Origin: a virus
Lineage: Duplodnaviria > Caudoviricetes
Reading direction: 5' to 3' (one strand)
DNA: 64,000 nt
Virus record (IMG/VR): IMGVR_UViG_2910510430_000001
Coordinates: 19,888-83,887 of that record
This document shows positions 1 through 9,000 of the stretch, one piece after another; position 1 is the stretch's first letter; every line of letters begins with the position of its first letter. A program made the translations under genes and the position numbers. The notes beneath the pieces are model-generated. The model made no database searches and had not been told where the DNA came from. It was given only the letters and a program-made list of their open reading frames with translations.

Positions 1-475
1 CCTCATTTGCCGGGGTTAAAACGGCGTCCTCTTCGTCCCATCCGCGTGCTAGGCGTCGGGAAACCGTCGAATAGGGCGCGTAGGCGAAGTATTCGATCGC
101 CGCCGCCAAGCTGAAGACATGGCCGCAGACGTTCACGACGCGATTGCGCCGCGTGTTGCGAGCTTGCTCTACTCGCGTCGCCCACCGGCAATTCTCGGGG
201 CTATACCCGAGGGCATTCTCCCGCCGATCAAGCGAATGCTCGGGGCTGGGCTTCGACCCCATGTCTAGGAGGAAGCACTCAAACCCGGTCAGCCCATCCG
301 AGCCTCGGAGCCAACGATCGCAGACCGTTATTCCGCAGCCGCCATAGTCGCGATAGCGCGCCTGACGCTTGTTCAGACACCGGTTCTTCATCGCAGTGAA
401 GGCCCGGTACTCCGGCGAATCTACCCGGCCTCCGCCGGCGAGCCGCCGTGTGTGGCCGTGGACAATCTTTTTCAT
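1..475 (-). CDS. Phage HNH-like endonuclease (3' end outside window; absent from the ORF track)
   Basis: Manual translation from ATG 475: MKKIVHGH...EYRAFTAMKNRCLN...YGGCGITVCDRW...HSLDRRENALGYSPENCRWATRVEQARN; ATGA overlap with the helicase stop. Confidence 0.85.
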   Translation of the reverse strand, partial: MKKIVHGHTRRLAGGGRVDSPEYRAFTAMKNRCLNKRQARYRDYGGCGITVCDRWLRGSDGLTGFECFLLDMGSKPSPEHSLDRRENALGYSPENCRWATRVEQARNTRRNRVVNVCGHVFSLAAAIEYFAYAPYSTVSRRLARGWDEEDAVLTPANE

Positions 476-1587
476 GGGGTCACCACCGTTAGATTCTTGG
501 ATGCGCGGGTGACGGCCGTGTAGAGGTGCCGCGCCGCGTTCGCGCCGAAGAAGCGGCTCTCGTCGAACACGACCACGTCGTCCCACTGCGAGCCTTGGCT
601 TTTGTGGCAGGTGATGGCGTAGCCGTAGTCGAACTGCTGGGTGCGCTTGAGAGACTTGAACGGGATCTCCTCGATCCGCGCCTTGCCCTGAAAGAAGTGC
701 TCGTAGACCGACGCCTTGAACGCTTCGCGGCCCGGGTCCTCAGGGTCGTGCATCGTGAAGTTCAGCACCCGGCCGTGCTCTGTCCGGCGCGGCCTGCGAA
801 CCTTCTTCACGCGGAAGGTCTCGCCGTTCGAGATCTTCAGGTTCCTGTCGTTCCGCAGGCAGATGAGCGTCTCGCCCACCTGCGGCGTGTCGCCCTCGAA
901 GCCGGAGATCTCGCGAAGCCTGTGATTGTAGCGTTCGCGGGTGGCGTTCCTGCCGACGATCACGGCGCCCGCCGCCGGCACCAATGCCGGGTCGAGTTCC
1001 GTCTTGCGGCAGATGGTCAGCCCGTCGAGCTGACGTGGTCGACCGTCGAACCGTCCCTCGCGCACTTCCGTGGCGAGCTGGATGATGGGGCTGTCGGCCG
1101 CCTGCCGGTGGACGTCGGTCAACATGAAGGCCGGCTCGCTGGCGGTGAAGAAGCCTGCGCCCTTCACCGGTGGCAGCTGGCCGGGATCGCCCAGCACAAG
1201 CACCGGAATGTCGAAGGAGAGGAGATCCCGTGCGAGTTCCTCGTCGACCATCGAGCACTCGTCGATGACGATCAGGCTGGCGTTGCGAACCCGCACGTCG
1301 GTCATGTGAAGCGTCACCTGGCCAGTCTTCTCATCCACCTCGGGGTGGTAGATAAGCGAGTGGATCGTCGAGGCCTTCTCGCAGCCGTTCGCCCGCATGA
1401 CCTTGGCGGCCTTGCCGGTATAGGCGGCATAGCGCACCTCGCCGTTCACCTGCTCGGCGATCGTCCTGGCGATCGTGGTCTTGCCGGTGCCGGCAAAGCC
1501 CGCGAGGTAGAAGAAGGGCGCGTAGCGGATGCGCAGCCAGGCCGTCACCTTGGCGTAGGCATCCTGCTGCTGGGGAGCGAGCTTCAT
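472..1587 (-). CDS. RecD/Dda-like SF1B helicase
   Basis: GFAGTGKTT, DECSMV, GDPGQLPPV, YAITCHKSQGSQW, LYTAVTRA. Confidence 0.93.
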   Translation of the reverse strand: MKLAPQQQDAYAKVTAWLRIRYAPFFYLAGFAGTGKTTIARTIAEQVNGEVRYAAYTGKAAKVMRANGCEKASTIHSLIYHPEVDEKTGQVTLHMTDVRVRNASLIVIDECSMVDEELARDLLSFDIPVLVLGDPGQLPPVKGAGFFTASEPAFMLTDVHRQAADSPIIQLATEVREGRFDGRPRQLDGLTICRKTELDPALVPAAGAVIVGRNATRERYNHRLREISGFEGDTPQVGETLICLRNDRNLKISNGETFRVKKVRRPRRTEHGRVLNFTMHDPEDPGREAFKASVYEHFFQGKARIEEIPFKSLKRTQQFDYGYAITCHKSQGSQWDDVVVFDESRFFGANAARHLYTAVTRASKNLTVVTP

Positions 1588-1775
1588 GGCTTCCCGCCTT
1601 CCTTGGCAGTCATCGCCATTTCCTCCAGCTCTCGGGCCGCAAGTTCAATCCCTCTTTCGATGACCGACGTGAGGGAAATCGCGTAAGGCCCAACTTGCGA
1701 GGCGGCATCAAGCCGAGCGCGCGCCTCCGTTGAAAGGCGGACAGTAAGCGATGTGCTCTTCTGCTGCTCAGCCAT
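1584..1775 (-). CDS. Small ribbon-helix-helix (Arc-like) DNA-binding protein
   Basis: SLTVRLSTEARARLDAAS...SLTSVIERGIELA pattern; coupled to neighbours. Confidence 0.6.
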   Translation of the reverse strand: MAEQQKSTSLTVRLSTEARARLDAASQVGPYAISLTSVIERGIELAARELEEMAMTAKEGGKP

Positions 1776-2097
1776 CAGACCCGACCTCCACCCCCAGCTG
1801 CGACAGCTCGACGTCGACGTCGATCAGCTTGTCTGCGGCGATCTCCGCAAGGAGGTCGACGAGGCGCTTGGAGGCGTCCTCCTCGCGAAAGCCGAGGCGA
1901 TTGAAGATGCCGGCCAGAGAGAGGTCGCTCGCCAAGCCCAGGCCAGTGATGGGATCTCGCTCATCGCCGTCGTAGACGACCTTGGTGTTCGGCAGGCCGA
2001 CGACGCGGCTCGCATTACGAAGCGCGCGAGCGACTTCCGCGTAACCCTTACGGCGTTCGAGGAGACGGCCGGCTTCGTGGATCTGCGATGGGGTCAT
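1768..2097 (-). CDS. Hypothetical phage protein
   Basis: ATG 2097 after GGAG; overlaps neighbouring genes. Confidence 0.65.
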   Translation of the reverse strand: MTPSQIHEAGRLLERRKGYAEVARALRNASRVVGLPNTKVVYDGDERDPITGLGLASDLSLAGIFNRLGFREEDASKRLVDLLAEIAADKLIDVDVELSQLGVEVGSDG

Positions 2098-2435
2098 GAG
2101 AACCTCCTGATGGATTTGAAAATCTCGTGGGCTTCGCGAAGGCGCTTCAGGCCTTCTTCGCGGGCTTCGGTTGCCCGGATCACGTCCTCGCGGACCTCTG
2201 GGGTCCACGGGGCAAGCCAGCTGCCCGGCACCCGTTCGGTGCGGTAGGGCCCTTTGCCGGCGGAGGTGCCGATGGCGCGCAGCTTCACGGCATGGAACCG
2301 CTCGCCATACGGGCACCGCTCACCCGTCACGCCGCTTACATATTCGCCGACGCTGAAGGCGCTCATCTGCGGATGGCAGACGAAGACCCTGTCGCCGGGC
2401 CGCAGTGGTGGGAGATCGGGAGGGCGGCGCGGCAT
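2094..2435 (-). CDS. Hypothetical phage protein
   Basis: Packed in the operon with an ATGA overlap. Confidence 0.6.
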   Translation of the reverse strand: MPRRPPDLPPLRPGDRVFVCHPQMSAFSVGEYVSGVTGERCPYGERFHAVKLRAIGTSAGKGPYRTERVPGSWLAPWTPEVREDVIRATEAREEGLKRLREAHEIFKSIRRFS

Positions 2436-2438
2436 TGG

Positions 2439-3164
2439 TCAGCCCTCACCACGGCGGCCTAGTTCCCGCCGCGCGTTGAACTTCACGTCTTCCTTGAGGT
2501 CGTTCTTGTCGCTAACGATCCACTGCAGGTAGTCGAGCGGCAGGTCTGAGAAGCGCGTCCCCGAATGCTTGCCGAACGGGATCGTCAGCATGCGGCGGGG
2601 CTCCTTCGAGACCTTGAGCAAGGCTTCGAGCCGGTATTCGGCGAGGAGCGCCAGCAGGATGTGCGCGGTGACGTAGGTGTCTGGCCCGGCGCGGTGCGAC
2701 GGGTGCGACTTCGGATCGTCGTATTCGACCAGGTTCTTCGCGTAGCGAATCGTCTGGTTCTTGTGGTTCGGCAGGTCAGGCCAGATCGCAGCAGCCGCCT
2801 TCATCGTGCAGATGAAGGGCGTTCGCTTGTCCGGGAAGAACGCGGAATCGAACTCGGCGTGATGGGCGGCGAGATAGTCGACGCCCTCCAGGAGCTGCGG
2901 CAGCCGCTGGGAAAACTCCGGCTTGCCGACCAGCATGTCCTGGACGATGTGATGAACGCCCATCGCCGCCGGCTCGATGTCACAGGTGACGTCGCACAGC
3001 TCGGAGTGCGGGCCGTCCTCGATCTGCCAGCCTTGGCCGGGGAAAAGCCGGACGTCGGTCCAGCCGATCTCGATGACCTCGGCGTCGACGGCCATGCCGG
3101 TCGTCTCGGTGTCGATCACGCGGACGAGCGTGAAGGGCGCGGCATCCTCAGGAGTGCGCAGCAT
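2439..3164 (-). CDS. exoX: DEDDh 3'-5' exonuclease, ExoX-like, with C-terminal PFGKH domain
   Basis: VIDTETTG, AHHAEFD, HRAGPDTYVT, IPFGKHSG..LPLDYLQW. Confidence 0.88.
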   Translation of the reverse strand: MLRTPEDAAPFTLVRVIDTETTGMAVDAEVIEIGWTDVRLFPGQGWQIEDGPHSELCDVTCDIEPAAMGVHHIVQDMLVGKPEFSQRLPQLLEGVDYLAAHHAEFDSAFFPDKRTPFICTMKAAAAIWPDLPNHKNQTIRYAKNLVEYDDPKSHPSHRAGPDTYVTAHILLALLAEYRLEALLKVSKEPRRMLTIPFGKHSGTRFSDLPLDYLQWIVSDKNDLKEDVKFNARRELGRRGEG

Positions 3165-3327
3165 GAGCACCCTCCTTGACCAGCTTGGTCTTGGCGTAGG
3201 CGAGGCGCTGGCCTTTATGCCGCGCCTGCGCCGCTTCCCGGGCCGCCGCAGGCGACCCGCTGTCGACGTCGAGGGTCTTGGCCTCGCCCGTCTCGACAAT
3301 CGTGAAGTGGACGCGGAAGAGGGGCAT
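3148..3327 (-). CDS. Small hypothetical protein
   Basis: MPLFRVHFTIVETGE...; ATG abuts the recT stop. Confidence 0.6.
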   Translation of the reverse strand: MPLFRVHFTIVETGEAKTLDVDSGSPAAAREAAQARHKGQRLAYAKTKLVKEGAHAAHS

Positions 3328-4397
3328 CAGCCTTCCTCCCCTTCGCCCTCGCCGGCATCGGCCGGGTTGTCGTAGCCGTCCAGCCAAGCGGCCTGCAGGC
3401 GCTCGTCGTTGCGGAACTTCGCCGGCATGGACTTGCGGGCCATGTTCTTCGCCCGCGCCTCACGGCCGGCGGCTGCAGCCTCGTCGATGGCATCGACCTC
3501 GGCGCTCGCGTCGGACTGGTCGGCCTGCTGCTGCTGCTCGGCCTTCTTGTCCTGCGCAGGCTTCGCGTCGGCCTTCTGCTTGCGCTCGATCGTCTCGGTC
3601 TGAGCATCCTCGATGATCTCGCCGGTGTTCGGATCGTGCGCGACGTCGTCGCTCTCGTCCGCGATCGCGTCGAGGCGGCCGGCGAGGGAGCGAGCCCGCT
3701 CCTGCTGCTCGTCCCGCTGGGCGCCCTCGGTGTTGAGATCGTAGAGGTGATCGTCCCGGCGGATGAGGTCATCGAGATCCGACGACATCGGCAGTACCTT
3801 CGAGTGCCGTCGGGCAACCGTCTTCTTCGCCATTTCCGGATAGAAGGTCGGGTCCTTCCACGGGCCGTTCTGCGCCCGCGACTTCTTGCGGATCTCCTCG
3901 ACCTCGCTGACCGACATGACGTCACGGCTCTTCTCGCCGCTCTTCAGCGTGGCGACCGAATAGACCGCGATCAGCTTGCCCCGTGCCTGGAGCGTCGGCC
4001 TGTGCTTGATGTAGGGGTTGTCGCCCAGCTCGAACTCGAACAGGTCGTTCTCGTAGGCCGCCTGCACGTCCCAAGTGGCGATCTCGCCCGAGTTGCGGAC
4101 CTTCTTACGGATGCCGCCGATCATCGGCATCCACGTCACTTCGCCTTTGTAGGGCACCATGGCGCCCTCGCGCCCGTCCGGCAGAAGGCCGTCCTGAGCG
4201 GCCTTCATGGCGGAGTTCCAGAGCGAGCTCCGCGTGCATTCGAGCAGCGTCGGGTTCTGCTGGATGGCGGTCATGACGACGCGCTCGAACCGCTCGGGCG
4301 GGATGTGCGATGGCAGGGCGCGGGTGAACTCCGCGGTCATCCGGCCCATCTGCGCCCGCACCTCGACGACCGCGGTCTTGTTTGCCTGTCTGGCCAT
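3327..4397 (-). CDS. recT: RecT-family single-strand annealing protein
   Basis: ALPSHIPPERF, AAQDGLLPDGREG, MAKKTVARRHSKVLP. Confidence 0.92.
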   Translation of the reverse strand: MARQANKTAVVEVRAQMGRMTAEFTRALPSHIPPERFERVVMTAIQQNPTLLECTRSSLWNSAMKAAQDGLLPDGREGAMVPYKGEVTWMPMIGGIRKKVRNSGEIATWDVQAAYENDLFEFELGDNPYIKHRPTLQARGKLIAVYSVATLKSGEKSRDVMSVSEVEEIRKKSRAQNGPWKDPTFYPEMAKKTVARRHSKVLPMSSDLDDLIRRDDHLYDLNTEGAQRDEQQERARSLAGRLDAIADESDDVAHDPNTGEIIEDAQTETIERKQKADAKPAQDKKAEQQQQADQSDASAEVDAIDEAAAAGREARAKNMARKSMPAKFRNDERLQAAWLDGYDNPADAGEGEGEEG

Positions 4398-4422
4398 GTG
4401 GGATCTCCTGTCGCTCGCCGCC

Positions 4423-5202
4423 TCAGCGGAACGAGGCCTTGGTTTCCTTGAAGAAGGTCACGCCCTTGACGGCGACCGTGTCCTTGTTCTTGCGAGCGAA
4501 GGCGTTGACCGCCTTGTCGATTTCGGCGGTCGAGAAGACCGAGCGAAGCTTGTTCAGGTCGACCTTCGAGTAGTCGTCGACCTTGCCGACCCACTTGCCG
4601 GTCGTGGACACTGTCCCGGCGCCGGTGCGCGTGCGGGTGAGGTCGGCGGACGATGCCGTTGCCTGCCGCGCAAGTCTTTCGGCACGCTCAGCGGCCTCGG
4701 ACGCTTCCTGCTCGGCGATCTCACGGCTCACGCTGCCGGCGTTCGCGTCGGCGGCCTCCTGCGCCTTCTGGCGGGCCTCCTCCTGCGCCTTCTCGTGCTC
4801 GGCAGCGATGCGGCGGCGCTCGGCCGCTTCCTGGGCGCGCTGGAATGCGGTCGTGCGATCGGTCAGGACGGTCTTGATCCGGTCCAGACGATCGGTGAGC
4901 ACGCGGAAGAAGGCGTTGGTCTCGCGCTGGGCCTTGAGGTGCGGTTCGTTCTCTTCCGACCGGTTCCCCTCGGCGGTCTTCGCCAGCTCGCGGCTTTCCT
5001 TGACGATCTTCGTCGCCGCCTCGATGTCCTCGTCAGTCGCGAACTCCTTCGGCAGGGCATCCGCCTTCTTCGCGACCGCGTCGATGTCGCCGATCAGCGA
5101 GCCGTAGGAATCCTTCAGCACCTCGTCGCGTGGTGGTCGGTTGTCGCCAGCGACTGCCCGCGGGTTCTCCGCGGCGTCGGCCGTCGTCTCAGAAACTGCC
5201 AT
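4423..5202 (-). CDS. Coiled-coil protein commonly linked to recT
   Basis: Long helical ORF between yqaJ and recT; AGDNRPP motif. Confidence 0.7.
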   Translation of the reverse strand: MAVSETTADAAENPRAVAGDNRPPRDEVLKDSYGSLIGDIDAVAKKADALPKEFATDEDIEAATKIVKESRELAKTAEGNRSEENEPHLKAQRETNAFFRVLTDRLDRIKTVLTDRTTAFQRAQEAAERRRIAAEHEKAQEEARQKAQEAADANAGSVSREIAEQEASEAAERAERLARQATASSADLTRTRTGAGTVSTTGKWVGKVDDYSKVDLNKLRSVFSTAEIDKAVNAFARKNKDTVAVKGVTFFKETKASFR

Positions 5203-6142
5203 CGTAGGATTCCTTCTTCGGTTTGATGCGCAGGACGCGAGTGGTCGTCGCCTTGACGACGTGGCCGGGCCTGCGCTGGGTGGATGCGGTGATGTCGAAG
5301 CGCTCGGTCTCGCCGCACTCGGCGTTTCCGAGCGCGTAGATCAGCTGCGGTTTCAGCTCGTCGCGGAGCGCGGTGGCGTCGCGGATCGCCTCGCCGGCGC
5401 GCTGATATTCGTCGATGAGCGCGTCGACCCCGGCGACACCGGTGAGATCGATCCGGTCTGGCTCGCTCTCCTCGAACACGCGCATGATGGTCCGGCCGTC
5501 ACGCCCCCAATCGGGGTCCATTTCCTCGCCGGATTCGACGATCGCCCAGAACTCGGCGACTGCTCGCTTGATGCGTTTCCAGACGCCGTCGTGGATCGGC
5601 ATGTCGATCGGCTCGAGGTCGAGCGTGCCCTCGCCGACAACGAGCGGGGCGATCGTCGCCCACGCGGCGCCGGTGAGCTTCGCCTCGATCAGCGTCTGGA
5701 CGGCGATCCACAGCGGCGGCACAACGTCGCCGGTGTCCGGATCCACCCACTTCGTCCGGAACGCCGGACGGGACACGGTCTTCACCTGGATGACGCCGCG
5801 GCCCTGAATGTCGTCGCGGTAACCGAAGGCGTCAGGCGTGCAGCCGATGCGGAGGTCGGTGTCCCGGGTGTAGGCGCGGTCGTTCTTGTAATCGATCGTC
5901 CAGTTCGGACGCTCCTCGCGCAGCAAGTCGATCGCTACCGGCTCCAGCAGGCGTCCACGCTGCATCGGCTTGGTCTCTTCGAGATCGCGTGACACGCGGC
6001 CGGTCTTCTCGGCCCAGAGCGAATAGGCGGTGACGTATTCGTGGACGCCGAGGAGGGCGCCGGCGACGGAGGCGGTCACATCCTTCGAGCGCGCCTTGTG
6101 CCAGGCAGCCTCGTCCTTCGGGAGGATGGTGCGAATGGTCAT
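5189..6142 (-). CDS. YqaJ / lambda-exonuclease-family recombination nuclease
   Basis: WHKARSKDVTASVAGALLG, MQRGRLLEP, GCTPDAF, IQVKT. Confidence 0.92.
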   Translation of the reverse strand: MTIRTILPKDEAAWHKARSKDVTASVAGALLGVHEYVTAYSLWAEKTGRVSRDLEETKPMQRGRLLEPVAIDLLREERPNWTIDYKNDRAYTRDTDLRIGCTPDAFGYRDDIQGRGVIQVKTVSRPAFRTKWVDPDTGDVVPPLWIAVQTLIEAKLTGAAWATIAPLVVGEGTLDLEPIDMPIHDGVWKRIKRAVAEFWAIVESGEEMDPDWGRDGRTIMRVFEESEPDRIDLTGVAGVDALIDEYQRAGEAIRDATALRDELKPQLIYALGNAECGETERFDITASTQRRPGHVVKATTTRVLRIKPKKESYDGSF

Positions 6143-6303
6143 CGTGCGGAGACGCCCGCCTCGAACGACCGCGCCAGGCCGGTCGCATAGCTCGTGGCGA
6201 GAATGGCCATGACAGCCTGCGCGTCGGCGACCGCGAGGCGGTCACCGCGCATCCACGCGGCGATCAGGTCCTTGGCGTTTCGTGATGGTGGGAAAACCGG
6301 CAT
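6139..6303 (-). CDS. 54-aa first gene of the leftward operon
   Basis: Manual translation MPVFPPSRNAKDLIAAWMRGDRL...; AAGGAG RBS; ATGA overlap with yqaJ. Confidence 0.6.
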   Translation of the reverse strand: MPVFPPSRNAKDLIAAWMRGDRLAVADAQAVMAILATSYATGLARSFEAGVSAR

Positions 6304-6326
6304 CGGCTAATCTCCTTCGCCGGGAG

Positions 6327-6380
6327 TTAGCGCCAAACGCCAATGTCCTGTCAAGCAAATATTCGCAAAAAATGCTAAGG
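6327..6380 (-). promoter_or_regulatory. PL-like promoter (TTGACA at 6354-6349) with two repressor operators
   Basis: TTAGC-N7-GCCAA 6327-6343 and TTCGC-N7-GCTAA 6362-6378; same architecture as PR. Confidence 0.75.
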
Positions 6381-6712
6381 TTCTGATCGCGCTGAATGAC
6401 AGCCTCGCGCGGATACGCCAACCCCGGAAGTCAGGCGCGGCGTTTCGGATGGGCTCGCCGAGAGCCCATTCCTGCCCTGAAGGGCCGTCACGTTAGACGA
6501 TCACCCACAGCGTCCGTGTCGACGTGTGAGGAAGATCTCCAACGTGGAAATAATCGCTAACGTAGGGGTTCTTTGTCCGCGCGGCGCACGCCTACGGGTG
6601 CGCGCACGTGAACGATCTCCGCCGTCAGATCAAGACGGAAAATCGCAGAGCTTTCTCGCTGTGGAGAAGCTAATTCGACGCGGAAAGAGGAGGCTGCTTC
6701 GGTGGCCTGCGC

Positions 6713-6994
6713 CTACCTGGCCCGCTCTCGGGCCCACTGCACGCAGTCGGGCAGAATAGCCTTCATCGGCTGCACCTGCGTGTCTGGATAGTGCCCAGCC
6801 ACCTTGATGCAGGCGTTGAGGTGCTGGTACTCCACGCCAACTTCGTCTGCGTAGGGCTGCAGAAGTTCCGACCGGACGAAAAGCCCGAGCTCGTTGTATT
6901 CCTGCGCCGTCATGTCTTTTACCGCGTCGTAGCCACTGGCTGCGAGGGCCGGCGCGGCGCCTGCGACGATGATTGCTGCGACGAGGGATCTCAT
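6713..6994 (-). CDS. Small secreted protein coupled to cI
   Basis: Signal peptide MRSLVAAIIVAGAAPALA; ATGA overlap with the cI stop. Confidence 0.7.
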   Translation of the reverse strand: MRSLVAAIIVAGAAPALAASGYDAVKDMTAQEYNELGLFVRSELLQPYADEVGVEYQHLNACIKVAGHYPDTQVQPMKAILPDCVQWARERAR

Positions 6995-7614
6995 GCGGGG
7001 CTCCTCAGTGCCGATGATACCTTGGTCCGTCGGAACTGGCTGGCGGGGATGATGGTGAAGATCTCGCCGATCCACTCCAGGGCAACCCCGGTGATCGGCC
7101 GGGCATTCCAACTCAACAGGGCGATGTCGTCGCCGTCGCGCATGATCTGCTTGAGGTAGCGCCTGCCGTCCATCGTCCGGACTGCGGCCTCCTCACCGAA
7201 GAACGTATAGATGGGCCGGCGCTGCTCCGTGAAGACGAGGATGACGTCGCCCTCGTTGAAGCGCGGCAGCATCGAGTCGCCACGCACCTCGAAAGCCACG
7301 ATACCGTCAGGCACGGGGAAGGGGATCTCGACCTGGTGCAGGCCTTCCGGCGGCACCTGCTCGAACTCCGGTTCGATCTCGGCGCCCGCGCCGATGTAAC
7401 CCATCACCGGGACCTCGTGCTTATCGGACCCGCCCACCAGCTCGTCCGGCCGCACCCGCAGGATCTTCGCGATCTGCTCAAGGCGGGCGCCAGACGGAAC
7501 CGACGATTTGCGCTCGATGCGGTTCATCGTGGTGACGTGCACCCCAAGCGCCTCGGCGAGGTCCACCTGGGACATCCCGCGCAATTTTCTGATTGAGGCG
7601 ATCTCGTTAGACAT
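6991..7614 (-). CDS. cI: CI-like repressor (XRE HTH plus S24 peptidase)
   Basis: MSQVDLAEALGVHVTTMNRIERK; VRGDSMLPRF; divergent from cro. Confidence 0.93.
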   Translation of the reverse strand: MSNEIASIRKLRGMSQVDLAEALGVHVTTMNRIERKSSVPSGARLEQIAKILRVRPDELVGGSDKHEVPVMGYIGAGAEIEPEFEQVPPEGLHQVEIPFPVPDGIVAFEVRGDSMLPRFNEGDVILVFTEQRRPIYTFFGEEAAVRTMDGRRYLKQIMRDGDDIALLSWNARPITGVALEWIGEIFTIIPASQFRRTKVSSALRSPA

Positions 7615-7623
7615 TTCATAGCC

Positions 7624-7701
7624 TTAGCGTCCGGCGCCTATAAAATCATTGGCAAAGCGCGCTAATGATGCTTGACAGGGCCTTAGCGAATGTTGCTAAG
7701 G
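7624..7701 (+). promoter_or_regulatory. OR region: three operators and PR promoter (TTGACA 7672-7677)
   Basis: TTAGC-N7-GCCTA 7624-7640; TTGGC-N7-GCTAA 7649-7665; perfect CCTTAGC-N7-GCTAAGG 7681-7701. Confidence 0.8.
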
Positions 7702-7708
7702 TTCGGCC

Positions 7709-7981
7709 ATGGACCTCAGAACATGGCGCCAGAAGCAGGGCCTCACACTGCTCGAACTCGCACATCGGCTCGGCATCGGCGGCAACAACCCGTCGAGTCA
7801 GGTCAGTCGAATCGAGCGTGGCAGGCACGCCGTCGACGCCCTGACCGCTGAGAAGATCGTAATCGTAACGAATGGCCAGGTTTCAGTTCTGGACCTGCAC
7901 AACACCCGCAAGGCGTGGATGTTGGAGAATACCCAGGCTGCCCATCAGGCGGAGCACAACTCCGCCGAGGCTGGCGCCTGA
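7709..7981 (+). CDS. cro: Cro-like HTH protein
   Basis: LRTWRQKQGLTLLELAHRLG...VSRIERG; divergent from cI. Confidence 0.85.
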   Translation: MDLRTWRQKQGLTLLELAHRLGIGGNNPSSQVSRIERGRHAVDALTAEKIVIVTNGQVSVLDLHNTRKAWMLENTQAAHQAEHNSAEAGA

Positions 7982-8197
7982 TGAACACCCCGGCGCGCAC
8001 CTCTACCCGCAATCGTGCAAGCGCGCCCTTCGCCGGCATGCCCTCCGTCTTGGTGGGCCTCGTGCAGACCATGCCGGCCTTTCCTTCGTCCTCATCGCTC
8101 CGCTCCTTCCGTCTCGTCTCTGAGACTGAACGTAGCGGCAACAGCTTCCGCAACCTTGGGTGTTTTCCCCAAGGCCTTCGAACCTCGGGAGATCGTC

Positions 8198-8620
8198 ATG
8201 TCTAGTGTCGCCGTCGCCCGCAATCGCGTGCGTGATCTGGGCCTGCTGTTGGCACCAGAGCAGCCCGTGAAGGTTCGTCTCGACCGACTCCACCGGGAAC
8301 TCGTCAAGCGCCTGCCGGATCTCACCGAACGCCGGGTGCGCGCCTACTACGACGGCGAGGTTCGCCGCGTTGAGCACGACGAAATGGTCGCCATTACCGA
8401 AGCGCTCGAACTTCAGGAGGCTCGTTGTGAGCACCGGGACTTCCTTGCCGCAACCAACCGGATGGTGGCGCTTCTTGCCGCCGAGGGTGCGGGGCTCTCT
8501 AGCGCGCAGATGGCTGCGCTTGGGCGAATTGCGAAGCAGGCGCCTGTTGCTCGAAGCGATCAGGCAGCGAGAGCGCTATCGGCTCAGGGCGGAGCGCGTT
8601 GCGCCGGAGCTCGTGTCTGA
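8198..8620 (+). CDS. CII-position putative regulator
   Basis: Position after cro; LTERRVRAYYDGEVRRVE helical motif. Confidence 0.55.
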   Translation: MSSVAVARNRVRDLGLLLAPEQPVKVRLDRLHRELVKRLPDLTERRVRAYYDGEVRRVEHDEMVAITEALELQEARCEHRDFLAATNRMVALLAAEGAGLSSAQMAALGRIAKQAPVARSDQAARALSAQGGARCAGARV

Positions 8621-9000
8621 TGAGCGCCGGCCCACTCTCCAAGGTGAAGACCGAAATCGCCCATCGGATGCGAGCCCATGGCTCTCCCGTTGCGACGATC
8701 GCGAAGATGCTGGCCGAGAGCGAGACGAAGATCCTCGCAGTTTTTGAGCCCTCCCGCCCGCTGAGCGCCGCCGTGGTGAGCGGCGCACCGGACACCGAGA
8801 AGGCACGTGCTGCTCGCAGGCGGCCGCTCGTTACCCGAGCCCAGACATCCGGCTCGGCGGTTCGTGCGGCGGACCGCGACGACTTCTACGACCGCCTCGC
8901 CGAAATCCCACCAGACACCCGCGACCTGACCGGTCGGATCCTCGGGGATCCGATTCCTGGCCGGCGGGCAATCGACCGCCGGAACCAAGGAGCGAAGTGA
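8620..9000 (+). CDS. Hypothetical protein, possible N-terminal HTH
   Basis: TGATG coupling to the upstream gene. Confidence 0.55.
   Translation: MSAGPLSKVKTEIAHRMRAHGSPVATIAKMLAESETKILAVFEPSRPLSAAVVSGAPDTEKARAARRRPLVTRAQTSGSAVRAADRDDFYDRLAEIPPDTRDLTGRILGDPIPGRRAIDRRNQGAK

Noticed and set aside
6400-6710. Hairpin ATGGGCTC...GAGCCCAT near 6448 as a tRNA or ncRNA
   Set aside because: No cloverleaf or T-loop consensus; a single hairpin is not enough.
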